A program made the translations under genes and the position numbers. DNA of 64,000 bases, taken from NCBI GenBank assembly GCA_028826165.1, contig JAPDFW010000058.1:434001-498000 (forward strand). The letters run 5' to 3'. Positions 50,628 through 61,766 of this stretch are shown piece after piece. The notes below the pieces were generated by a model that made no database searches, had not been told where the DNA came from, and saw nothing but the letters and a program-made list of their open reading frames with translations. The stretch comes from Anaeramoeba ignava BMAN. Its lineage: Eukaryota > Protista > Anaeramoebae. Positions within the stretch are counted from its first letter, which is position 1. Every line of letters begins with the position of its first letter.

Positions 50628-53218
50628 ATGGAAGAAACAAAAAAAAAATTTATATCAATTGGATTAGATATTAAAGAAGTTGAAAAAATACTTAAAAATT
50701 CGGGACTAACTGAAACTTTATTATCAGTTCTTAATTCTGTAAAAACAACAAAAAACAAAATAAAACTTTCGTGAAAAGCAAAATCAATCAATTCAATATT
50801 TATTATTTATTTCAATATTCATTTCAATATTTATTTTAATATTTATTTCAATATTTATTTAAATATTTATTTCAATATTTAATTTAAATATTAATTAAAT
50901 AGGCAAACATTAAAGAAGGATGTGAAAAATCAATTGGATTAATGCTTTACAAAGTTGCAACATTTAAATTTCCCAAAATACCACAAGTAGAAGAAAGAAG
51001 AACTTTTGTAGCAAGTTATATTGGAAATGGAAAAATAAAAACAAGTCCACAGTTAAATGAAGCATTAAATTATTTAAAGAAACTTGGAACAGGAGAATTA
51101 AAAAATGAAGTATTTGAAGAAATTTGTGGAGTTGGAATAACTATTACAGATGAAGATGTTGAAAAAACCATTAAAGAAATTATTTCCAATATAAAACCTG
51201 AAAATTTAACTTTGAAATCAATTCTTGCAGAAACTAGAACTAAATTGAAATGGGCTGAACCAAAATTAATCAAAGAAGAAGTTGATAAACAGTTATTAGA
51301 ATTACAGAAACTGAAAGATTTTGAATTATCATCATCTAATAAAAATCTTAAGAAAAGAGATAGATTTCTAAGACCTGAAGAAAATACAACAAATGATCCA
51401 AAAATTCTTGAAAAACATTTAAAAGAAACAGGAGGAAAAGTTGTTACAAGATTTCCACCTGAACCAAATGTAGATAACAAATATGAAAATAAATAATAAA
51501 TATTAAATATTAAATATTAAATATTAAATATTAAATATTAAAATAATTAGGGATATTTACACATTGGACATGCTAAAGCAATGACTCTTGATTTTGGATA
51601 TGCAGAAAAAAATGATGGAATATGCTATTTAAGATTTGATGATACTAATCCAACAGCAGAAAAACAGGAATATATTGACGGAATAATAGAGAACATCAAA
51701 TGGTTTGGATTCAAAACTCACCAAATTACTTATTCATCAGATTATTTTGATCGATTATATGAATTTGCAATTCAGTTGATTAAAGATGATTTAGCATATG
51801 TTTGCCATCAAACCCCAAAAGAAATGAGCCAGGGAAGAGAAAGCATGATTGATTCACCTTGGAGAAATCGTCCTATTGAAGAATCACTTGCTGAATTTGA
51901 AAAAATGAAAAAAGGATTATATAAAGAAGGTGAAGCTGTTTTGAGACTTAAAATGAATATGAAAAGTGAAAATCCTTGTCTTAGAGATCTTGTTGCTTAT
52001 AGAGTTAAATTTATGACTCATCCAAGAACTGGGGATAAATGGTGTATTTATCCTTCTTATGATTTTACACATTGTATTGTTGATTCTTTGGAGAATATTA
52101 CTCATTCTCTTTGTACTTTGGAATTTCAGGTAAATATTTAAATATTCAAATCAATTCACAAATCAATTTACAAATCAATTTATAAATCAATTTATAATTT
52201 ATTAGATTCGTCAGGAATCTTATTTTTGGCTTTTAGATGCTTTAAGAATTTATAAACCAGTTGTTTGGGAATTTGGAAGATTAAATTTATCTCATACAAT
52301 AATGTCAAAACGTAAATTACAGCAGTTGATTCGAGAAAATTATGTAACAGGATGGAGTGATCCAAGAATGCCAACAATTAATGGATTAAGAAGAAGAGGT
52401 AAAAAAAAATATTTTATTGAAAATTAAAAATTAGAAATTAAAAATATTTTATTGAAAATTAATCAAAAATAAAGGTTATACTGCAACAGCTATTAAACAA
52501 TTCTGTGAAATTATTGGTGTTTCAAGAAAAGATGAATCTTTAATTCCAATTGAAAAACTTGAATCAGTTTTAATCAAAGAATTAGATAAAACTTGTCCAA
52601 GAGCATTTGCAATTTTAGATCCATTAAAAATCACATTAACAAACTTTGAAAAATTCATAGAATTTGAAGCACCAAATCATCCAAAAAACCCAAGCTTTGG
52701 AAAACGGAAAATATCATTAACAAAAGTGATTTATATTGAAAAATCAGATTTTCGAATGAATGATTCAGAAGATTTTTATGGATTAAGTTTAAACAAAGAA
52801 GTTGGATTAAAATATGGAATAAACATAACATGTACAAAAGCAATAACAGATAAAGATGGAAAAGTGATTGAACTTGAAGCTGAAGGTGATTTCAAGAAAG
52901 AAAGAAAACCAAAAGGATATATTCATTGGATTTCACCAGATCAAAATGAAAAATTATTTACTGGTGAAGTTCATGTTTATGACCATTTATTGATTTGTGA
53001 AGATCCTTCTACTGTTGATGATTGGTTAGCTCAAATTAATCCTAATTCTCTTACTTGTTATTAATGATGCTTTGATTGATCCTGTTCTTGTTAATTCTAA
53101 ACCTGGTGATAAATTCCAGTTTGAAAGATTGGGTTTCTTTTGTGTTGATTCTGATTCTAATGATTCTAAATTGATTTTCAATAAAACAGTTCCTTTAAAA
53201 GGAAAAAAGGATTTTTAA
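50628..53218 (+). CDS. QARS: Glutaminyl-tRNA synthetase, 5 exons; 1-nt insertion at ~53055
   Basis: TRFPPEPN|[69 protein letters not shown]; eukaryotic N-terminal domain present. Confidence 0.97.
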
Positions 53219-53327
53219 TTTAAAATAAAAAGCAAAAAAAATTTTTTCATTTTTTTCATTTTTTTTTTATTATTAAATTTAAAACAAAACAACAAAAAAC
53301 GTTAAACAAAACATTTATTTTTTTAGA

Positions 53328-56300
53328 ATGGAAGTTTTAGAATTAAAAAGAGTAAATCAATTTATTTACAAATTCTTTATAAAATTATAAATTAAATTAT
53401 AAATTAAATTATAAATAAAATTATAAATAAAATTATAAATAAAATTATAAATAAAATTATAAATAAAATTATAAAATTAAATTATAAATTAAATTATAAA
53501 TAAAATTATAAATAAAATTATAAATTAAATTATAAATTAAATTATAAATTAAATTATAAATAAATTATAAATTAAATTATAAATTAAATTATAAATAAAA
53601 AATTATATAAATAAAATTATAAATAAAATTATAAATTAAATTATAAATAAATTAAATTATAAAATTAAAAATAAATAAATAAATAAATTAAATAAAATTA
53701 TAAATAAAATTATAAATTAAATTAAATAAATTATAAATTAAATTATAAAATTAAATTATAAATAAATAAAATTATAAAATAAAATTATAAATAAAATTAT
53801 AAATAAAATTATAAATAAAATTATAAATAAAATTATAAATTAAATTATAAATTAAATTATAAATTAAAATTATAAATAAAATTATAAATAAAATTATAAA
53901 TAAAATTAAATAAAATTATAAATAAATAAAATTATAAATAAAATTATAAATAAAATTATAAATAAAATTAAATTATATAAATAAAATTATAAATAAAATT
54001 ATAAATAAAATTATAAATAAAATTAAATTAAATTAAAATAAATTATAAATAAAATTATAAATTAAATTATAAATAAAATTATAAATAAAATTATAAATAA
54101 AATTATAAAATAAAAAAATAAAATTATAAATAAATTAAATTATAAATAAATTATAAATTAAATTATAAATAAAAATATAAATTAAATTATAAATAAAATT
54201 ATAAATAAAATTATAAATAAAATTATAAATAAAATTATAAATTAAATAAAATTATAAATCAAATTATAAATAAATTATAAATAAAAATATAAATTAAATT
54301 ATAAATTAAATTATAAATAAAATTATAAATTAAATTAATAAATAGAATTATAAATAAAATAATAAATCAAATTATAAATTAAATTATAAATAAAATTATA
54401 AATAAAATTATAAATAAATAAAATAAATGTCAAAAAAGGAAATTGAAACTTTAAAGCAAACATCAGCAATCGAAAAAGATAAAATTGTCCAAGAATTTAT
54501 GAAAATCTTAGAAGAAAGAAACGAAAAAACAGAAAAATTAATGAAAAGCTTAATCACACTAAACGAAGTGAACCAGAAACTGATTATAGAACGAGAAAGA
54601 TTAATCAATTACATCAATAAAAGTGATTCAATAGGAGGAGGAAATGCTCAAAAAGAAAAAAAAGAAAAGGAAAAAGCTATTAAACAACTGGAAGTCGTTC
54701 AAGCTCAAATGTCACTATTAGAAAAAGATAATGTTCTGCTGCGAAAACAAGCAGAAGAATACGAGAGAATCATTCGTGAACAAGAATCAAGAATCAAAAC
54801 CGTTGAAAATGACAAAAATGAAATGACAGAAAAAAACGAACGTGAAAATCGCTCGCTTCAATTCAAAATATCCCAATTAGAAGAAGAAATAAGTCAATTA
54901 AGTTCAAACAATAGATCAAACATTTTGGAGCAGGAAAACGCACAACTAAAAGAACAAATGCAGAACTGGGAATCGCAGGTTCAGGAAATCATAGACGAAA
55001 GGGATCTCGAACTCAAAAATTCCAAACAGGAAAATCAATTACTTGTTGAACATATTGAATCACTCGAAGAAAAAATACAAGTTTTATCTCAGCAAAAAAC
55101 ACAACCTTCAAATGAATCAAGCGAACAGAATATTCTCCTCGTTGAGCATATTGAATCCTTGGAAGTTCAAATCAATCAGTTGAAAAATGAAAACTCTCAA
55201 CTTGAAAATGAAAACAAACTTTTGAAACAAACAAATCGTTCTCAACCCCAAAATAATAAAGGAGCAGATGAAATACACCAAGAAAATCTGATGCTTGTTC
55301 AACATATTGACACGTTGGAAGCCAAAATTGAGGAGTTGCAACAAGATAATAATGAATTAGTTCAAAGACTTGAATCAAGTGATTTCAAATCAAATTTTTC
55401 AGAAAATCCCAATTTGCAAAACAAAATAAACGAACTTGAATCGCAAATGGAATTCTTGATCCAAGAAAATGAGAATCTGAGAAAAAATCAAGGAAAATCT
55501 GGTGATTCAGATAATCTTCTTTTGGTTCAACATATCGAACAATTAGAACAAAAAATCACAAGTTTAGAACTTGAAAAACAAAATTTACTTTTGGCAACTG
55601 AAGAACTTAATCAACAACTAGAAGATGAAAAAGAAAACAACGAACTTCTAGTAAAGCACATTGAGGAATTAGGTACACAGAGCGAACTTTCTGAACTTAG
55701 TCAAAATCAATTAGTTTCTCAACAAGATTCTGTTGAGAGTACTCAACATGAGCCTAAAAGTATTGATGAAAGTGAGACTTCAACTGATAAACAGCACGAA
55801 AAACTCACTCCTCATGATTCCATTGAACCAGATAATGATCCAAATTCTGCTTTAAAGAAAACTACTTCAACTGTTCTTTCTTCTGAAAAACTTTCTCAAA
55901 ATAAAAAAGTTTTTCTTTCACGTTCAGGTGTTCCTTTGTTTGCTGGATCAATAAAGCTTAATACAACTTCTTCTAAAAAGAAAAGATTTGGTGGTGGTTG
56001 GAAAACTCGTTGGATGGCTGTTTGGGAAGGGTTTCTTTGTTTTTTTAAATCGAAGAATGTAAATTAAAATTTATTTATAAAATTAAAATTAAAATCAAAA
56101 TTCATTTCAAAATTAAAATTAATTTCAAAATTAAAATTAATTTCAAAATTAAAATTAAAATTCATTTCAAAATTAAAATTAAAATTCATTTCAAAATCAA
56201 ATTCAAAATCAAAATTAAAATTAAAATTCATTTCAAAATCAAAATTCATTTCAAAATTAAAATTAAAATTAAAATTAAAATTCATTTCAAAATTAAAATT

Positions 56301-56584
56301 AATTTCAAAATTAAATTTAAAATTAAAATTAAAATTAAAATTCATTTCAAAATTAAAATCAAAATTAAATTTAATATTAAAATTATTCTGATTAGGATGA
56401 AGAACCAGAAATTGAAACAAGAATTGATGAAAGAACTCGAATTAGGAAATCTCCAAATCAAAAATCAAAAAATGATAATGTGATTGAAGTTATTGCTAAA
56501 AATGAAACTTACGAAATTAAAGTTAAAAACATAAAAGAATATGATCATTGGATTTCAATTCTTGAAAAATCAAGAGTGATTTAA
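53328..56584 (+). CDS. Coiled-coil protein with C-terminal PH domain; exons 53328-53351, 54439-56058, 56396-56584
   Basis: MEVLELKR|EIETLKQ joined by a phase-0 GT..AG intron; long heptad region; GGWKTRWMAVWEGFLCFFKS ... EYDHWISILEK PH signature. Confidence 0.78.
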
Positions 56585-56730
56585 ATTCAATTTCCAAATT
56601 CAATTTCCAAATTTAATTTCAATTTCAAAAATAAAAACAAAAATCAAAATTCTTTTTTAATTTTGTTTATTTTAAAAAAATTTTTTTTCTGTTCCACTTT
56701 TGTTCCACTTTTTTTATTTTTATTATAAAA

Positions 56731-57811
56731 TTATAATTGACCACATTCTGTGATAACAACTGATAATTTAGGTCTTCCATTATTTCCAACAACAGGAACA
56801 TTTTCAATTTTTCTAACAACAACTAATCCTTCAATAACTTTTCCAAAAACAACATGAACTCCATCTAACCATTCACATTTAGCACATGTAATAAAAAATT
56901 GACAACCATTTGTATTTGGTCCACTATTTGCCTTTTTAATTTTAATTTTAATTTTAATTTTAAATGAATTTTAATTTTAATTTTAATTTTAATTTTAATT
57001 TTAATTTTAATTTTAATTTTATAAATGAATTTTAATTTTGATTATTAAATTTGAATTTTAATTTTAATTTTAATTTTAATTTTAATTTTAATTTTAATTT
57101 TAATTTTAATTTTAATTTTAATTTTAATTTTAATTTTAATTTTAATTTTAATTTTATTTTAATTTTAATTTTGAAATGAATTTTAATTTTGAAATGAATT
57201 TTAATTTTGAAATGAATTTTAATTTTAATTTAAATTTTAATTTTAATTTTAATTTTAATTTAAATTTTAATTTTAATTTTAATTTTAATTTTAATTTTAA
57301 ATGAATTTTAATTTTATAAAATTTACCATAGATAATAAACCAGCACCTGTATGTTTATGTATAAAATTTTCATCATCAAATTTATCTCCATAAATACTTA
57401 TAGTTCCAGTTCCATCTCCCTTTAAATTATTTTTTATAAAAATTTATTAAAAATTTATTAAAAATAATTTTTTTAAAATAATTTATAAAATAATTGATTT
57501 TTTTTTACTTTAACAAAATCACCTCCTTGTAACATAAATCCTTTAATAACTCTATGAAATGTTGCTCCTTTAAAACCGATTGGAATTCCTGATTTTCTTT
57601 TATGTTGATTCTTTTTAAATTAATTTTTTTTAATTGATTTTTTTGAATTGATTTTTTACTGAAATTCTCCAGTACAAAATTGTCTAAAATTTTCTGCTGT
57701 TTTTGGTACATCAGAAAATAATTCAAAAACAATTCTTCCTATTGGTTTATCTTCAATAGATATATCAAAAAAAACTCTAATTGTTTCATCATCAGAATCA
57801 CTACTTGTCAT
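56731..57811 (-). CDS. PPIH: Cyclophilin H (U4/U6 snRNP-associated PPIase), 4 exons
   Basis: [81 protein letters not shown]. Confidence 0.9.
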
Positions 57812-57929
57812 ATTAAAAATGAAAAAATGAAAAATGAAAAATGAAAAAATGAAAAAATGAAAAAATGAAAAATATAAAAATTGATTATTTTTTTTAATAA
57901 AAGTAAATAAAAAAGTGATTAAAAAATGA

Positions 57930-59859
57930 TTAAAAAATGGAACACTTTTCTTGTTCTTTTTCTGTTGTTTTCTCTTTTTCTTGTTCTTTTTGTTGTTGTT
58001 CTTTTTGTTGTTGTTCTTTTTGTTGTTGTTCTTTTTGTTGTTGTTCTTTTTGTTGTTGTTCTTTTTGTTGTTGTTCTTTTTGTTCTTGTATTTGATTATT
58101 AAATTTATTAATTAATAAATCAAATAAATTTGGATTTGTTTGATTTAATTGAAAATAATCAATTCCTGTTTTAATTTCATCAATTATTTCTTGTGTAATT
58201 TGAATTTGATTTTTAATTTGATTTGAATAAATCCAATATTCTAATATTTGAAATGATTTATTACTTAATTCACTATAATCTGTAACTTTATTAGAAGTAT
58301 CATTTATTACAGATAAAAACATTCCTCGATATAATTCACTTCTCATTATTAATATTAATTTAGGAAATTTATATTCTTTATCTTTTCTTTCAATAATAAA
58401 ATCTTTTTCATTTTCATTTTCATTTAAATAAATTCTTTTCATTGTTTCTTCAATTTTTTCATTTGAATTTATAATTTCTTTAATTTCTGAATATAATTTT
58501 GGATTTATAATTCTGTTTGAATAAATCATTTCAAATATTTGATTTGATTCTTTAATTGATTTTTTTGAAATAATTTCTTTAAGTTTTTCAATTTCATTTT
58601 GATTTTGGTTTAATCTATATTTCAATATTAATTTATGAGCTTCAATTATTTCTCCATTTTCTGTTTTAAATGAAATATCACAAAATTCTTTTCTTTCCAA
58701 ATAATTTTATCAAATCTTCTTCAAGATTGGAAAAAGATGAAAGAAGAGGAGAATAATAAATAAATGAACTCCAAAGTCCACAAGAAATATGATAATTGAA
58801 AATATTTTCATTAAATCTTAATTTAGGAAGTTCAATTTGAATTGGAGAATATTGGTATTGTGTATCTCCAGTTCCTAATTGACCCCAATAATTATGCCCA
58901 AATCCTATTAATTTATGATTGGATGTTAAAACCAAAGTATGAACATTTCCACAAGAAATTTCAAGAATATTATCATCATTTTCAAATAAAGATGATTTGA
59001 TTTCAGTAAATTCATGAGTATCTTTATTTTTGCCAAGTCCATTATGTCCGGGATCCCCACATGAATAAATTTTTCTTTTATGATCTTCATCTTCAATCAA
59101 CATTATTGAATGAGCAGCTCCACATTGAATATCAATTATTTTACCTTTTGGAATATTTTGGATTTTGGTTAATTTTGTGATTTCTTCTTCTTTTCTTGAT
59201 TCTCCTAATCCAAGTTGGCCATGATCATTAACTCCACATACAAATAATTCTTGATTTGAATTTAAAAGAAAAACAGACTCAGAAGCATTTCCTGAAAATA
59301 TTTTAGAAACATTTTTCATTATCCAATGAGGATATTTCAATCTTTTTTTCAGTGTTTCAAAACCAAATTTCTGATCATAATTATCACCAATTTCATAAAC
59401 ATTTTGATTTGAAGTTAATAAGTAAATTGAATAAGCTCCAGAAACAATATCTTGAATTATTCTATCATTTGTATCTTCAATTAATGATGAAATATTGATA
59501 AATTCATTTGGATTTTCTGGATCAATATTTTTTCCTTTGGCAAATACATTTCCTTCTATTGTTAAAATAGATATAACTTGAGTTCCACTCGCATATACTT
59601 TTTGAATATTTTCAATTTGGATTTTTGAAGGATTTTGATTTGAATCATTTTCACTTGAATATTCTATTGCTTTTCCGTTTTCAAAAAGGAAAATTATTGA
59701 ACCTTTACAAGCAGCAATTTGTTTAATTTGTTTTTGATTTTGTTTTTCATTTTCATTTTCATTTTCAAATTTAAATTGAATTGGTTTTGTTATTTTATTT
59801 GGTTTATTTTTGATAAGTTTTGGTTCTTTATTTGAACCAAAAAATATAATTTCATTCAT
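57930..59859 (-). CDS. RCC1-repeat + BTB-like protein, paralog 2 (the two ORFs are one gene split by an extra G at ~58698)
   Basis: Colinear with and highly similar to 59923-61689; GQLG RCC1 repeats; [13 protein letters not shown] and [19 protein letters not shown] motifs. Confidence 0.85.
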
Positions 59860-59922
59860 TTTTGAAAAGAAAAAAATGAAAAAAATATTTTTGAAATTTT
59901 AATTTTAATTTTAATTTTAATT

Positions 59923-61689
59923 TTAATTTAAATACTGACTTTTAAATTTCTTAATTAATAAATGAAATAAATTTGGATATGCTTGATTTAATTGAAAATA
60001 ATCAATTCCTCTTTCTATTTCATTAATGATTTCTTGTGTAATTTGAATTCCATCTTTAATTTGATTTGAATAAATCCAATATTCAAATATTTGAAATGAT
60101 TTATTACTTAATTCACTATAATCTGTAACTTTATTAGATTTATCTTCAGTTACAGATAAAAACATTCCTCGATATAATTCACTTCTCATTATTAATATTA
60201 ATTTTGGAAATTTATATCGTTTTTCTTTTCTTTCAATTATAAAATCTTTTTCATTTTCATTTAAATAAATTCTTTTAATTGTTTCTTCAATTTTTTCATT
60301 TAAATTTATAATTTCTTTAATTTCAGAATATAACTTTGGATTTATAATTTTATTTGAATAAATCATTTCAAATATTTGATTTGATTCTTTAATTGATTTT
60401 TTTGAAATAATTTCTTGAAGTTTTTCAATTTGATTTTGATTTTGGTTTAATCTATATTTCAATATTAATTTATGAGCTTTGATTATTTCTCCATTTTCTG
60501 TTTTAAATGAAATATCACAAAATTCTTTTCTTTCAAATAGTTTTATCAAATCTTCTTCAAGATTGGAAAAAGAAGGAGGAGAATAATAAAGAAATGAATT
60601 GAAATATCCACAAGAAATATGATAATTGGAAACATCTTCATTAAATCTTAATTTAGGAAGTTCAATTTGAATTGGAGAATATTGGTATTGTGTATCTCCA
60701 ATTCCTAATTGACCCCAATAATTATGCCCAAATACTATTAATTTATGATTAGAAATTAAAATCAAAGTATGAACAGTTCCAACAGAAAAATCAAGAATAT
60801 TATCATCATTTTCAAATAAAGATGATTTGATTTCAGTAAATTCATAAATATGAATATATTTGCCAAGTCCATTATATCCATAATTTCCACATGAATAAAG
60901 TTTTCTTTTTGGATTTTCATTTTCATCTTCATTTTCAATCAACATTATTGAATGAGTAAATCCACATTGAATATCAATTATTTTACCTTTTGGAATATTT
61001 TGTATTTTGGTTAATTTTTGGATTGTTTCTTCTTCTTCTCTTGATTCTCCTAATCCAAGTTGACTATAATAATTATATCCGCATCCAAATAATTCTTGAT
61101 TTGAATTTAAAACAAAAACATGTTTTGAAGTATTTCCTGAAAATATTTTAGAAACATTTCTCATCATTAAAATTGGTTTTTCTGTTTTTTCAAGTGTTTT
61201 AAAATCAAAACCAAGTTGACCAAATTCATTTGAACCAATTCCATAAGCATTTTGATTTGAAGTTAATAAATAAATTGAATATCTTCCAGAAACAATATCT
61301 TGAATTATTCTATCATTTGTATCTTCAATTAATGATGAAATATTGATAAATTCATTTGGATTTTCTGGATTAATATCTTCTCCTTTTGCAAATACATTTC
61401 CTTCTATTGTTAAAATAGCTTCATTTTCATCACCAACAGTTACTTTTTGAATATTTTCTTCAATTTGGATTTTTGAAGGATTTTGTTTTGAATCATTTTC
61501 ATGTAAATATTCTATTGCTTTTCCATTTTCAAAAAGGAAAATTGTTGAAAAATTTCCTGATGAAATTTGTTTAATTTGTTTTTCATTTTCATTTTCAAAT
61601 TTAAATTGAATTGGTTTTGTTATTATTTTTGGTTCATTTTTGAAAAGTTCTGGATAATTATTTCTTCCAAAAAATATAATTTCATTCAT
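59923..61689 (-). CDS. RCC1-repeat + BTB-like protein, paralog 1
   Basis: Intact 588-aa intronless ORF; [24 protein letters not shown] repeats and C-terminal BTB-like motifs. Confidence 0.9.
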   Translation of the reverse strand: MNEIIFFGRNNYPELFKNEPKIITKPIQFKFENENEKQIKQISSGNFSTIFLFENGKAIEYLHENDSKQNPSKIQIEENIQKVTVGDENEAILTIEGNVFAKGEDINPENPNEFINISSLIEDTNDRIIQDIVSGRYSIYLLTSNQNAYGIGSNEFGQLGFDFKTLEKTEKPILMMRNVSKIFSGNTSKHVFVLNSNQELFGCGYNYYSQLGLGESREEEETIQKLTKIQNIPKGKIIDIQCGFTHSIMLIENEDENENPKRKLYSCGNYGYNGLGKYIHIYEFTEIKSSLFENDDNILDFSVGTVHTLILISNHKLIVFGHNYWGQLGIGDTQYQYSPIQIELPKLRFNEDVSNYHISCGYFNSFLYYSPPSFSNLEEDLIKLFERKEFCDISFKTENGEIIKAHKLILKYRLNQNQNQIEKLQEIISKKSIKESNQIFEMIYSNKIINPKLYSEIKEIINLNEKIEETIKRIYLNENEKDFIIERKEKRYKFPKLILIMRSELYRGMFLSVTEDKSNKVTDYSELSNKSFQIFEYWIYSNQIKDGIQITQEIINEIERGIDYFQLNQAYPNLFHLLIKKFKSQYLN

Positions 61690-61766
61690 TTTTGAAAAGA
61701 AAAAAATGATTTTTCATTTTTTCATTTTTTCACTTTTTCACTTTTTTTTCCGAAAATAAAATAAAA
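61690..61766. promoter_or_regulatory. 77-bp bidirectional promoter region with TCA(T/C)T Inr-like motifs on both strands
   Basis: Divergent ATGs at 61689 and 61767; TTTTCATT x2 and TTTTCACT x2 on the + strand, one ATCATTTT on the minus strand. Confidence 0.55.

Noticed and set aside
53050-53067. Euplotes-style programmed +1 frameshifting at stop codons (also at 45128, 58698, 32128, 32197)
   Set aside because: Paralog and family comparisons place the extra base upstream of the stop (LFERKEFC versus [15 protein letters not shown] versus FDLINPK, SLTVINDAL), and -1 cases also occur (42335). Assembly indel errors are simpler; for the same reason these genes are not called pseudogenes.
136-57811. 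Functional clustering (SNRNP27 with PPIH; CARMIL-like with ARPC1)
   Set aside because: The genes are tens of kb apart with unrelated genes between them, which is compatible with chance.
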